From Lophium mytilinum (lineage: Eukaryota): a stretch of DNA of 64,000 nt. Below are positions 1 through 12,574 of the stretch, in pieces. Made by a program: the position numbers and the translations under genes. Below the pieces are notes generated by a model that worked only from the letters and a program-made list of their open reading frames with translations, was not told the origin of the DNA and did not search any database. The stretch is from assembly GCA_010093605.1 (NCBI GenBank), contig MU004196.1:1510606-1574605 (forward strand), read 5' to 3'. The first letter of the stretch is position 1; every line of letters starts with the position of its first letter.

Positions 1-17
1 GGTGACAAAAACGTGGG

Positions 18-39
18 CCCAGACTTATGGCGTAGTACT
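18..39. mobile_element. Terminal inverted repeat of a MITE copy that continues beyond the window start
   Basis: CCCAGACTTATGGCGTAGTACT (18-39) is the exact reverse complement of 20124-20145, the left TIR of the intronic MITE; it is followed by TA. Confidence 0.7.
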
Positions 40-43
40 TACC

Positions 44-568
44 TTACGTGGTAGCGTTTTCTTTAATCTTGCTCTGACCCGTCTTCTCCGGTTTCGGAAA
101 AATCGTCCACCTTCTCAAGCAAACCTCCCCTTCCGCTTCAATCTCAACCATGACATTGTTCCATTCAATCAGCACCGACGGAAAGTCTCTCGAGAATATG
201 CGGTACTGTCGCTTTGGCAGCGCTTGCAATACACACTCCGGGCTCTGGTCCATCTCGCCCCTAGCTTTCGACATAGCTATGCGATGACTCGTGCCCTCAT
301 CATGCATGACCGACACAACATCCTCGGATAATTCGATATCCGAAGGTTCTATGTAAACAGTTGCATCGCGCGGAAAATCGACGTCGATAGAAGGATCAGT
401 AGGCAGCTGGAGGCGCGGGCACTGGAAGAGGAATGCGTCGTGGGGACCCCAGAAGTGGATGCGACCGGGGTACATCTCAAAGCGCTCTGTTGGACCGCCG
501 GATAAGATACTTACGGTCGCTACGCTGGCAGGTCGAGGTTGTAGCTCCGGACGTTGATGGCTAGGCAT
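44..568 (-). CDS. Hypothetical protein (174 aa ORF; may continue through an intron beyond the window)
   Basis: ATG-initiated ORF with no recognised motif. Donor-like GTAAGG/GTAAGT sequences overlap or follow its stop codon on the minus strand. Confidence 0.5.
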   Translation of the reverse strand: MPSHQRPELQPRPASVATVSILSGGPTERFEMYPGRIHFWGPHDAFLFQCPRLQLPTDPSIDVDFPRDATVYIEPSDIELSEDVVSVMHDEGTSHRIAMSKARGEMDQSPECVLQALPKRQYRIFSRDFPSVLIEWNNVMVEIEAEGEVCLRRWTIFPKPEKTGQSKIKENATT

Positions 569-852
569 TGCGATGAATGGTTAGGTTCGAAGTTATGAGG
601 ATGAAGATTGGGGCAAAAATATCCGCGGAGAATGCGCTGTGGCGAAGTAAGGGTTGAGATATACATGTTCAATATAGGGATCACGAGATCTGGTGTGATG
701 TCTTGGCGCCAGTGCGTGAGACCAAATTTTGTGACACAAAGAGAGAAAACAAACGCTAGTCACACGGAACGGGAGTTAGAAGTAGTCGGAAGAGACAAAA
801 TTGCGTTCTTTGTGGCACGGGTGTTTGTGTGTGGAAGCAAGACAGAGACTTA

Positions 853-1080
853 CAGTGACTGGCTATGAGCATGTGCACACCAGTTTGGCACCGCTCGGGG
901 TACCCCCATAAAGTCCTGAGCTTCTAGGCGCGAAGTCAAGTTCCAAGCAGTGGGAATTAGACTGCTACTTGACTCACTACCTAATAATTGGCTGGGCTGC
1001 TCCTCTCAGTGGTGTCAGCTGAGCAAGATTGAAGCGGAACAGTAATCAATCTTTGTGTCCAGGCTCATGGCCTAGTAATG
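853..1080 (-). mobile_element. MITE (Tc1/mariner-like, 228 bp), degenerate copy
   Basis: TA|CAGTGACTGGCTATGAGC...TGTGTCCAGGCTCATGGCCTAGTAATG|TA: imperfect TIRs with TA on both sides (851-852, 1081-1082). Internal similarity to 23317-23437 in the opposite orientation. Confidence 0.7.
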
Positions 1081-1319
1081 TAGCTCAGTGTCTCGCCCAG
1101 TTCTCGAAGCAAATACGTGGGGAATCAAAGCATCCTGTTCGGCCCCTTTCTTCGGAGACAGAAGTTTCCAGGGCGTTCGATGTGGCTTTGTAGGGATACT
1201 GAGTCTCTTTGCGGTCGATAATTTTAGGTGTCAGCGAGCTAGGTGGTCCCCAAGGTAACATATGTGCATTTCGGCTAAGAATTAAGGAGGATAACAGAAA
1301 CCAAACCAAATCCTCAATA

Positions 1320-2856
1320 TTACTCGGGCTTTTGGCCATAACAGACCCAACTAGAACCACATTAGCGTAAGCTCCCTTCATATAGGTAGAGCGTACTCAC
1401 AAGTCCAACAGCGCATGCAAACCTTTGCTTTTCAACTCCGTCCGAACTTTCCCGCATAGAACCTCAACCTCCTCAGGCGACCATTTCAAGATTTGGGTCA
1501 TCAGTCGGAATGAAAAGCCTTCTAATCCATCGATGATCTGGCAAAGGTTGAAAAGGCCAATTTCCTTTTGTTTAGGGTCCTTCGCCCATGGTCCAATAGG
1601 GAGCTTATGTCGCTTCGCAACGACGTTGATGAAACCCGCATCTTTCATCCAGCCTTCAAGTAGCGGACCCGGATTCGGTTCGCGGCCGTTTTGAGCGGAT
1701 AGGTCGATTAGGATCTGGTCCCAGCGGGCAACTTCGTGCTTTTCGGTGAGTGAGCCGTCTTCGGAGTGGTATTTGAGGTTCCAGTCTTGGAATTCGACGA
1801 AGCCGCCCGGGGCAACGTTGCTGTGATGGCGTTAGCGGCGACGGTAGAGTAACGAATTAGAAGATGCGGTGCTACATACTCGAACGCACTTTTGATTAGC
1901 TTTGGCCAATCCTGAATCGCGCAACATAGATATCTGGCAAAGATGAAGTCGAAAGGTGCGGTGTAAGTCCACGTGCTTTCGAGGTCGTCTACTTCGAATT
2001 TCACGTTTGGGGGGACCCTGGAGAATCAGCTAAAGTACTTCTTTCCTCAAATGATCTTACCAGGTCGGTTGCGTTGGACTGAGATCATTTCCAAGTACCT
2101 ACACGCTTGTTAGATAGGCGCTTTCAGTTAGCTAGATTGAAATGTCTTACTTCAGCGGCTGGATGTGCCTCGCCTGTGTCCTAGTCAGCACGTCATGATT
2201 AGCAGCTCTGAAGGTAACATACCCATTTCTATTGCCCATATCCCTGTACCGGTTCCACAATCAAGCACTCTCTTGACTGTATCCGGTATAGGGGCAAGAT
2301 GAAGCTTGTCGCCTATCGCTTTTTTGAGCAAAAAGTGCGTCATGTCGAGCCGGTCCAATTCGGCCTACGCTTGATGAGTCACGTGGGTTGAGGTTATTCG
2401 GAGGCAGTATACCTCGTCATTTGGCAGGACGTAGACTTTAAGAACGTTGTCAGCGCATGGTACGAGGTAGAACTGCAAAATGTAGACCCACCTCCCGGCC
2501 TGAACGCATGATACCGACGACCGTTCTCGAGCGGGTAATTCGTCACGCTGGGAGAGAGCGAAGTTGTGAATGAATTTCTGTCCTCGAGTGAGAAAACGTC
2601 CGCAACAGGCATGAGTATCCGATTAATTCTGAACATACATCTCGTCACTGAAGTCTCCGAGTGATGAATCGTTATCCCCGGGCACGTGCTGTGAGAATTA
2701 GGTATTGCTTAGACGGCCGACGCTCAAGAGAACGAGTTGCAAGTATCTCCGTCATGGAGCTATGAGGTTGAGACATACTTCGGGGTCGATCTCAATTGTT
2801 GGATCGGCAGCCGTAGTCGCTGCTGCAACGGGCGCCTCAGTAGCGGGCGACGCCAT
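1320..2856 (-). CDS. SAM-dependent methyltransferase, LaeA-like/TAM (Methyltransf_23) family; multi-exon
   Basis: Exons encode ENGRRYHAF, VLDCGTGTGIWA, KFEVDDLE, FDFIFARYL, LPIGPWAKD and terminal YGQKPE*. Multiple GT..CTRAC..AG introns; ATG at 2856 (MASPATEAP). Confidence 0.9.
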
Positions 2857-3436
2857 CTTTCAAGGGCTGGCCGCTAGCTGTTGCGGGCCGCGATCTAAAA
2901 GACGGGAACGAGGCGGGGAAGTCTGGCCGGAAGCTTGGCACAGAATCTTGATTCTCGAGAGGTGCAAAATCGTTGGCGACGAGAGAGAAAGAAAGAGAAG
3001 GTAAGGTGGGAGGAATCATGAGGTCCGAAGTATCTTGTCCAGTCTCCTAGCGAGCTCCTCAAACCATGACTCTCGGCGTGTGGCACAACCCTGGAGCCGC
3101 GTTCACGCAAGCAACGACAGCTGTGCAGCGGGCGAGCTGCTGCCGCGAGTTTAGATGCAGATGATCCTGCCCTGTCTGCCCTGCCCGTCTGCCCTCTCGT
3201 CCACGGGTATGTAGGCCTCCTGCGGGGCCACTCCCGGCGCTCCCCAACCCTTGTGTAGTGCTCCTCGGTTGGCTGTCGGGGCGCCTAACACTCCACCTTT
3301 GTTGGTCGACGTGCACGAATCGCATCCTGGCCGGCTTCCAGAAAAGCAGTGGAACACCTGATGCCTGATAATACCTTCCTAGACGCCTTACCCGGCGTTT
3401 TTAGCCCACCCTCCTAGACTTCGTCTTCAAGACCTG

Positions 3437-3520
3437 CATCTCCCTCGCCATCTCCCTCGCCATCTCCCTCGCCATCTCCCTCGCCATCTCCCTCGCCATC
3501 TCCCTCGCCATCTCTCTCGT
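3437..3520. repeat. 12-bp tandem repeat (CATCTCCCTCGC) x6 plus one degenerate unit
   Basis: Read directly from the sequence; gives (REMA)n in the 3401..3604 minus-strand ORF. Confidence 0.95.
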
Positions 3521-5434
3521 CATCTTGTCTCTTGCGCGCGGATGCCATGCTCCATCTCTAGGACTCGATCTTGAGCCGGAGATGACACTGAAGTAGTTCT
3601 GCACCCTCTACGCTCGTATCGCGAAGAACTATTGTAGGCCGGTCCTCCCTCTTTGAGTCCTGGTCGTAGTGCTTTATGCAAGCGCAGTGCAGAAGAACCG
3701 GTCACCACCGAGGGAACCAGGCGATCGGGATTGTTATCAGCTGAGCTCTGCACATCATCGCTCGGCTTGCCCTCCACGCAGAGAAAGATGACCTGCTTAT
3801 ACGCGGCCCCGCAATGGCTTTGATTCGTTCAAAAAGACCACTTTTCGCAGAGGACGGACGCTCTCAAGCGCGAGTGCGATCATGCCTCTTTCCCGCCTCC
3901 TCGGAAGCTGCTGTGCGATGATTCTGACAAGCATGAGTTGTGGGTGTTGCTCTACTGTGCCGCATCCTATTGTTAGCCTCTTTAGTGAGTGCATGCAGGG
4001 CATTCCGAGCTTCGCTATTGTGCCGTTTCCGCAAATTGATTGTGCCGAGTCTGCTTCCGAGCCATTAACGAATCAGCAGCAGCTTTCAGAAGACATTTCG
4101 GAGCACAATGTAAGGATGACTTGCTTCACCGATGAAGTCCTATCACAGGGTATAGAGCGATTGGGTGATCGAGGCCGCGTCACCGTAGACTGCCCAGCTC
4201 CGAGCACTTCTTTCTTTCTGATTGAAGTGCAACAAAAAAAAAGAGGCGAAGCGCGAAGGAGTCAAGCCACACGCCACATGGTACACGGCAATTGCTTTAA
4301 CTGTTGATTCGATTGCCGCGGTGGGGGTTTTATGAGCTTCTGAGTAAACTTGCCGGGATTGGAAGGAGGAACGTGGGATGTTCCACTGCTTCGAGACATT
4401 GAATATCGCGCTTATCATCATCGACATTTGTCAAATGTGCCTCTTGGGGAGAGATTAGGATGCCAGTCAAAGAAAGCGCATTGTGAGGTCAAAAGGTTGC
4501 TTTCGTTTTGAATTCTCGATCTCATTTGTCGATGACCCGGACAAAACATGGGCCGAGCCTATGCCACGTGATCACTGTTCATAGTGGCACTCTTGCACTG
4601 CAACTTCCAGAATGGGTTGTATTTCTACCCAATTGAAACGATTACTAGATAAAATGAAACTTGGAACTTTTCACTGTAATTCTATCTTTCTTTCTCATAC
4701 TCGGATTCGGAACGCTAGGGGCTGAGTTCTGCTACATTTATTCCCTTAAGTCATACACCCCAACTTTAGGCAACTTGTCATGGTCATGATTATGCTCGTT
4801 GTCCTGGACCTAGTAGCTTCTTATGGCTCGATTTTGCGGATGCATATCGCTGAAACCCAAGCCCGGCTCACACGTCCAGCGTCCCTCTAATAAGATATGC
4901 TGGACGCAACATCAATCAGCCGCAGAAAAGTAGGAAGACTAATGGGCAATACACAAGGTAAAAATGCAGATAACGGTGACCTAAGAAATGATGAAGACAT
5001 CTGAGAGCATAGCACTGATCTACAGGACCAGCAGCACGTTCGCGGCGCAGGATAGAAAGAAAGTTCGCAACTACATCTCAGCTTCCCTGATCTTCTCGAA
5101 CCCGTGAGTAGAAATGCCCACACAGCTGTATATAATAGAAGTTAGTATCCAGGTGGAGAATTGCTGAGCTTTTCGGCACCGTGATGCACAACTCCGCAAA
5201 AACACTCGGATCGGGCTTCCGGTAGCAGCGAGCAGATAAGCACATTTCGGCCGTCTCTTGTTATACAGCGATAGTCCTGTGGAACGTCGGAGGTGGCCGA
5301 ACAGGTATACTGATATATGAAATATTTGCGAACACTCAAAGAAGATGTAAAGGGAAGCTCTCCAAGGCTCCGCAGATTGTGCAAAAGCCACCAACCTTTG
5401 TCATCTTATCGTACAGGAAAGCACGTCCTCAGCC

Positions 5435-6468
5435 ATGTCCCCCGCCAAAACCCCAACGTTTACCATCCCCACCGTCGACATCTCATCCTACGTCGCCGAC
5501 CCATCTTCACCCGCTGCTAAACGTGTTATTGAGGATGTTCGGAATGCCTGCATTACGTCCGGTTTCTTCCAGCTTATCGGTCATGGAGTTCCCCGGGAGC
5601 TTCAAGAGGCCGTCTTGAATGGCGCGAAAGCCTTCTTTAAGCTACCACAAGAAGAGAAGCTGAAGTATGAGAAGAGCGCTGTAGGAAGAGGAAACCGCGG
5701 TTATGAGATCATGGGCAAGCAGGTCCTCCAGAAAGGCGCATTGCCAGACCTGAAAGAAGTACGCACCCTTTAAGCCTAAACTCCCACCCTCAACACCGGT
5801 ATGCTAACACATTCTAGGGCTACTACGTCGGCCACGACTTCGAACCCTCACTAGACCCGAATCACACCTACAACTGGTTCAACCCACCCAACGTCTGGCC
5901 CACCTCCCTCCCGTCCCTCGAAACCACCTTTCGCCAGCCCATCAACGAATACTACGCCCACATGTTCCCCCTCAGCACCAGAATCCTCGACATCATGGCG
6001 GCGGGGATGCCCTACGGCCCTGCAGTCTTCGATGAGTTCAAAACCGATCCGGTCGCCGTGATGCGCTTGCTGCACTACCCGCCCCAGCCAGAATCTTCGG
6101 ACGCGCTACAATTCGGTGTCGGCGCACACACGGACTTCGGGTCAATCACACTGTTACTCCAAGACATGGCAGGCGGGCTGGAGGTGCTCAACCATGATAC
6201 CGATGAGTGGGTGAGCGTGACGCCGAATGCGGATGCGTATGTGGTTAATCTTGGGGATATGATGCAGCGGTGGACGAGGGGGGAGTATAGGAGTAATCTG
6301 CATCGGGTTAGGAATATGGGTGGTGGGGATCGGTATAGTGTGCCGTTCTTCTTTGATGGGAATTTGAAGACGAAGCTTGCCCCGTTTGATGGGGGAGAGC
6401 CGGACGGGGAGGTCATAACGGTGGAGGAGCATATGCAGGAGAGGTTTAGGACGACTGCTGGGTATTAG
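5435..6468 (+). CDS. 2-oxoglutarate/Fe(II)-dependent oxygenase, isopenicillin N synthase-like family; 2 exons (intron ~5759-5817)
   Basis: N-terminal DIOX_N (IPTVDIS...GFFQLIGHGVP), RLLHYPP, HTD, distal H (NLHRV) and RYS motifs; GTACGC..GCTAAC..TAG intron. Confidence 0.92.
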
Positions 6469-7521
6469 GGCTTGATGAGGTGCCTCACGCGGTGGTGCCA
6501 TAGTGTACAGATGGGTAAGAAGTTAACGTTCCGATCGATTTATCGGAAACCTCACATACACGCCCTCCTTCGTGGTATTTCAAGAGGTCTTCCAAGACTA
6601 CTTTCACCCAGATAGATTTGCAGCACATACATTTCAAATTACCTGCTACTCTTCCTAATTGCGGATTCCACAATCACATCGCCTCCTAAATAGTAACCCC
6701 TGAGATTCTTCAAGGCTGATACCTCCTACGCAATCTTTATGGAGACTCGGTCAAACTTATTTTTTGATCAACTCTCGTACGCAAAGCCTGAACCAGATCC
6801 TTGAAGTCTTTACATTCTCGGGTCGTTCCCAGTAGTAGATCATGAAGCCTTCAAAACTTTCAACGCGCCACCCAACCTGACATCGCCGTCCTCTTCTCTA
6901 CCCCCTAATACCATCCGCCTACGCCACGGTCACCCAAGATCTCTTCCCGCCCCCTGGATCGATGAATCAGGTCTCCTTCACGCGAAACAATGTGACGGTT
7001 TTGAGTGTACATCGGTGATGTTAGAGGCCACGTCGGTGGAGGTAGATACAGTAAGGGCACCTTGTGGTACGTTGAATCAAATAGAATAGTCTACAATGTG
7101 TCTCACAGTTGTCGTTCCTCGCAGAGAAACCAACGCAATGGAATACTTTGCCTGTGCACTTGGATCGATCATAGGATAGGCATACTGTTAGCTAGCCCCG
7201 TGATCGTACATATCTCTCCATTATATGCAAAAAATCGCCATGGAGGTGCTCGCATGAAGAACTCAGAGGGAATAACAATTGAATGTATGGCTGTAATGGA
7301 TGTAGTATCGTGGTGATGTCTTATTCGGCCGGCAGAAAACGAATCCGCCTCGTCCTGATTGGCCCGTGCCACCGCCTCCAAAATTGTTCCTCGCTGCACC
7401 CAACGAAACATCTTCCAAGCCCTACACTACAATCGAGCCTACATCAACTCCAACACCAGCTGCGTACCCCACCGAACTCCACCAGACGCGTCGAAAGATC
7501 TTCAACGCTCTTCACTTCAAG

Positions 7522-8597
7522 ATGGACATCCGTGTGCTCAGACCGTCGGATATCCCGCATGTCCAACTCGCCAACATCACGAATCTGCCCGAGAACTACT
7601 TCTGCAAATATTACCTCTACCATGCAATGAGCTGGCCACAGCTATCATATGTCGCTGTTGATGTAAGCGCATATTCTTCTTGCATTCATAAATACCTCAC
7701 CTCATACAGCAAATATGCTCTTCCAATTGTCATTGTCAACTTTCACCGTTATTCTATCATCGATTTAATTCCTTTCATCCTATAATACATCTGCGGGACC
7801 GATACTATTATCTATGTATCTCATCTCCACATACCTTCATCTTCTACATTATCACGCGTCGCAACAACCCTATAGCAAATTTCAACGCTGCCCTCCACCT
7901 CAGCCATGCTGACCGCCCACAGGTCTCCCGCCCGAAGAAAACCCCCTACGACCCCCCCAAGATCGTCGGCTACGTTCTCGCCAAAATGGAAGAAGAGCCT
8001 TCCGACGGCGTGCAGCACGGCCACATCACTAGTCTGAGCGTGATGCGAACGCACCGCCGCCTCGGGCTAGCAGAGAAGCTTATGAGGCAGAGTCGTGCGT
8101 ACCCTCTCCTACCCCCCTTATTAATCCAACCTCATTCCCATCCCCGACCCCGAACCTATCACTAGCTGTGAAGGTGTATGGCTTGCTAACACCCACCAGA
8201 ACGCGCCATGGCCGAAACCTTCTCGGCGCACTACGTCTCCCTGCACGTTCGTGTCTCTAACACCGCGGCGCTGCACCTCTACCGCGACACGCTGGGCTTC
8301 ACTGTCGATAAGACGGAGGCGAAGTACTACGCTGACGGGGAAGATGCTTTCAGCATGCGCATGGAGCTGTCTGACCTGCGCCACGTGCCCGAAGAAAGCG
8401 ATGACGAGGAGGAAGGAAAGAGCGAGGGGGTGGACGAGGGCGAGGCTGTAGGGAGCGCGGGGAAGAAGGGGGACGGGGAGGAGGGAGAGGATGCGAAGAA
8501 GGGTGCGGCGGGGAAGAAGAGGAAGGTCAAGGTTAAGGTGGGAAGGGGATTGGGGGTGGGAGAGCTGGTGGAGAGGAATGAGGCGAAGGGAGCTTGA
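7522..8597 (+). CDS. ARD1: NatA catalytic subunit, N-alpha-acetyltransferase Ard1/Naa10; 3 exons (introns 7663-7922, 8095-8199)
   Basis: [58 protein letters not shown] and KYYADGEDA are diagnostic Naa10 motifs. Confidence 0.95.
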
Positions 8598-8905
8598 GGG
8601 GACTCCCGATTTCATGGTGCAGAGATGTTCTACCCCAAAACCTTTCACAGCTTCGGCTACCGTCGTCTGAGTGGCCCCAACTGGTCTACAGGTTGGTCAA
8701 AAAGATTAATTTCAGCTTTCTCAAAGTGTGTCGAGGCTAGTCAGACAGCTGCAAACCAGGCTACACACGATCCTGAGTTCCATTTCCGTAAACACCGTAA
8801 CCGTGAAAATGGGTATACCCAGGGGAGGACAAGACACCATCGCTATGCCCAAAATGCCCGCCTATACCATGCAAAACAGAGAGTCGTGAAGTCCCCCCAA
8901 CAACC

Positions 8906-9685
8906 CTACTCATCCTCCTTCCCCAGCACACTCTTAACCCTCCACCCTGCCTCCAAATCCTTGATCTCACATGTCGCCAGCCAAACCGTCAGCACCGGCT
9001 TCGCCCTAACTCTCTGCCGCTCGAGTGGATTCTCCGACCTCATTTCCTCAAATCCCGCCTCATCTTCACCCTCTTCTTCCTCCTTCACCCCCTCCGCGCC
9101 CTGGGCCGGACCCTTCTCCCTCACCACCTCAACCCTGCTCGAGAGCCCCGCATACCGCCAAACCCTCACTCCCATTCCCTGCAGCTCGCCCACCGCGATA
9201 TCAGCAATACTGAGCTCCTTATTCGCCGCCTCGGACGCCGCCGTCAGCGCCACGAGGACCGGCTTGCGCAGCCCTTTTCCTGCGCTCTTGCGCTCTGGAT
9301 GGAGGAGGTCCACTACCGCGCGCACTTTGGGGCTGAGCTTTGTGTTGGTGGATACGTGGATATGCGAGATTGCGAAGCGGGCTTCGAGGGTGTTGCGGAT
9401 CTGAGGAGGGAGGAGGTCGATAGGGTTGAGGTGGGTGGAAGGGTCCAATGGAGCGGGGACTGAGGAGGGGTGTCTTGGGCGTTTGGCGGGGGGGCCGGGG
9501 TCAGTTGGAGGGTGGGAGGTGTCCTTGGTGGCATTGGAGATGTCGTTGGTGGTGTTTGGGTTGGGTGGGTTGCGTTTGCGCTTCTTGGAGGGGTTGTTGG
9601 AATTGGTGTTGGGATTGTTGGCAGGAGCGGCAGGCGGAGCGGGCTGCTGGCCACTCTTTCGGCCTTTTCTGTTCTTCTTGCCCAT
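8906..9685 (-). CDS. Alba-like DNA/RNA-binding domain protein
   Basis: Basic NLS-like N-terminus, then LVALTAASEAANKELSIADIA...VWRY and C-terminal PVLTVWL, which resemble the fungal Alba/Pop6-like fold. Likely start MGKKNRK at 9685. Confidence 0.6.
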   Translation of the reverse strand: MGKKNRKGRKSGQQPAPPAAPANNPNTNSNNPSKKRKRNPPNPNTTNDISNATKDTSHPPTDPGPPAKRPRHPSSVPAPLDPSTHLNPIDLLPPQIRNTLEARFAISHIHVSTNTKLSPKVRAVVDLLHPERKSAGKGLRKPVLVALTAASEAANKELSIADIAVGELQGMGVRVWRYAGLSSRVEVVREKGPAQGAEGVKEEEEGEDEAGFEEMRSENPLERQRVRAKPVLTVWLATCEIKDLEAGWRVKSVLGKEDE

Positions 9686-10855
9686 TGTTGCGATGGGTTG
9701 GAAGAGTAGAAGGTGGGGGAAATCAAGATGAAGAGTCGCGTCGAGATTAATCTTGGCAAGGATGCGAGGGGTTGGTGACCTGTGATTGGCTGCAGCTTGA
9801 GCATGCATTTTTTGAATAATTCAGGCTGACGCTATGTGAGGTGGCCTGAAGAGTTCTCAGACTGTGAAGAATGGTCTTTTCAACCATTCAATATGCATCT
9901 GAAAATGTATCGAGGCTGGTCATACGGTGGTAAGCCAATGTAGAATATTCTAAGCATCTCAACACAGTCAAATCAAAGAAGTAGCTCGCTTTACATTTCA
10001 TTAAGCCTTTCATGGTGTCCTGAGCTCCAAAAGCCCCTAGGGACCTCCAAGCAGTACCAAATAGTCGTGAGACTGTTAGCAAGATACTCAGTTCCTGGAA
10101 CAGGGGCGATTGTTCCTAATGATATCAGCTGTAAGTCATATGAAGAAAGCATACGAGCTAGAATATTACAGGTGCATTTGTCATTATGTATCATTATGGA
10201 TTAGCAAGCTTCCTCACTATCTGCGCTAGAATCGTGCATCGTGCAATGGGTACGAGCTTTCCGCTTGACACGAAGATATCTAGTGCTGATAGTAAAAAAT
10301 CCAGGCAATATTCCTAGCGGCGATCACTAAAGTGCGTCATGCACGCCAAGCCCAAATATCACAGTGCTTACTCCTATTTACCTTTTCAGTACGTAGGTAG
10401 CCTATGTTTACCATGTACGAGTCCAAAAGTGTCCTTCGCACAAATGCTATCATTCCCGAGCATCCTCATCCAGATCTTCCAACCGGAGCTTCTATTCCTC
10501 CATCGTACGAAAGAATAGAAATCTCGCCGGCTTCAGACCTCGGCATCTTCTGCAAGAGGAAAGCGGGCCTTCTCCGCTTGGTAATCTACCGCTCTGGTGC
10601 CATGATGCAATGCAAATTGATGTCAGAAATCGTCAGAAAGTAAGGTGATGGAATGCAAATAAGTAGGTCGTATCTCGGATATACAGCGGATATCAGAGGC
10701 AGTCGACTGTTCCTCAGTAGTCTGCTTTAAAATCAAGTCCCACCCCTCTTCATACCTCCCCTTTCTTAAACATCATACTACCCCAGGTGCTCCTTCCATT
10801 AACTCACTCCCGTAAGCTCCATCAACGCTTTCCGCCTCTCCCGCACATTGCCAAA

Positions 10856-12133
10856 ATGGTCCAAAACAAAGGCCTCATTTTCAAGAACGTCCCCAATGGC
10901 TGGCCGAAGCCGGGTCACGACCTCGTCGTGGAAGCCCGCGACTTCGACCTCGACCAGTCTCTCCCGGAGGGAGGCGTTGTCGTGAAGAACCGTGAGTGTA
11001 GCGCGACTCAATACTTCACATCCACTATCGTCACTTTCCATCTCCGCGCTTCGACTTTCTTCTAAATACCACTTTCATCTCATTGAGAGGGTCCAACCTC
11101 TTCACGTGATATCCCAATTGCACCCTGCGAAACCTAGCACTACAAAATCGGATGGTTTCTTACCTCGAGCTTCTTCATTTACCAAATAGCAACTCATCCT
11201 CCCCATTCAGACTATCTCTCCTTCGACCCCTACCAACGCGGCCGCATGCGCGCGCCCGACACACCCTCCTACTCGCCCCCTTTCAAGCTGGGCGAGCCCA
11301 TCACAAACCGCGGCATCTCCACCGTCGTCTCCAGCTCCACCCCAGACTTCAAAAAAGGCGATGTAGTCGTTGGAAACGCTATCATCGGGACCGAAGAATA
11401 CAGCGTCCTCACCGCCGAACACACGAAACTGGTCAAGAAGCTCGATAACCCCCTCGGCCTCGACCCCAAAATCTTTCTCGGCGCCCTCGGAATGCCCGGG
11501 TTGACCGCCTGGTCCTCTTTCTACGCTATTGGCGAGCCGAAGAAGGGCGAGAGTATCCTCGTGAGTGCCGCCAGCGGCGCTGTCGGCCAGATCGTCGGCC
11601 AACTCGCGAAGCACGAGGGCCTGAAGGTGTATGGTAGTGTTGGTGACGACGCGAAGTTGAAGTACATTCTGGAAGAGCTCGGGTTCGACGGCGGGTTCAA
11701 CTACAAGAAAGAAACACCTGGAGATGCGCTCGCGAGGCTGGCGCCGGATGGCATCGACATCTACTACGAGAACGTGGGCGGCGTGCAGCTTGAAGCTGCG
11801 CTCAACGCTATGAAGCCGTTTGGGCGCATCATCGCGTGCGGCATGATCAGCCAGTACAACCTGCCGCCGAAGGAGTGGTATGGGATCAAGAATACGATGA
11901 TGATCGTGGCGAAGCGGGTTAAGTTCCAAGGGTTTATTGTTGGGGATGACAATATGGGGCCGAAGTACACGAAAGAGCATCAGGAGAAGCTGCAACAGTG
12001 GATTAAGGATGGGTCATTCAAAGTGAAGTTCAGTGAGACGGTGGGGATTGATAATGCCGTGGATGGGTTTATTGGGATGCTGGAGGGGAAGAACTTTGGG
12101 AAATCAGTGATGGTTATTTCGGAGATTGATTGA
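10856..12133 (+). CDS. NADP-dependent oxidoreductase, MDR family (prostaglandin reductase/alkenal reductase-like); intron 10992-11210
   Basis: YLSFDPYQRGRM across the splice, LGALGMPGLTA, SAASGAVGQIVGQLAK, GIDIYYENVGG, GKNFGK. Confidence 0.93.
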
Positions 12134-12574
12134 AGGCGTGGGAGCGCTGAGAGCGTGGTTTCCAGAAGCTTGAGTCTTTAATTATCAAGTGTCCTGATAA
12201 GCTATTGATGAGTTTTTTGAGACAGTCTCACCGCTATCTGGCACTGCTTAGGGGCCCCCACGGGCTTTTGGAGCTGCGGACACGATGAAAGGGTTGATGC
12301 AGTGAAAATCGGGCTAGCTCTTAATTGACTGTATGCTTATCAGCTGGGTCACCTCTGATAGCAGCAGTGGGCGAAGCAAAAGTAGAGCTGAGCAGGTCCG
12401 CTAGCCAAAAACTTAACGGCCATCAAGAGACAGATCATCCTGCGTAAATTTTGAACCTTGAGTACTACTAGATCAACTCTATAGTCCGATCTAGATGAAC
12501 TCCGCCAACCTGATATCCAACACCAGCAATGCAGCTAAGACTTCCAAATCCAAAGCAAGGGGCCTCCAGACATT

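Noticed and set aside
3700..5400. Short ORFs in the intergenic region before the 2OG oxygenase
   Set aside because: No recognisable domains, splice structure or coding bias.
1320..12133. Secondary-metabolite cluster (methyltransferase, 2OG oxygenase, reductase)
   Set aside because: No PKS/NRPS/terpene backbone gene in the window, and housekeeping genes (ARD1, Alba-like) are interspersed.
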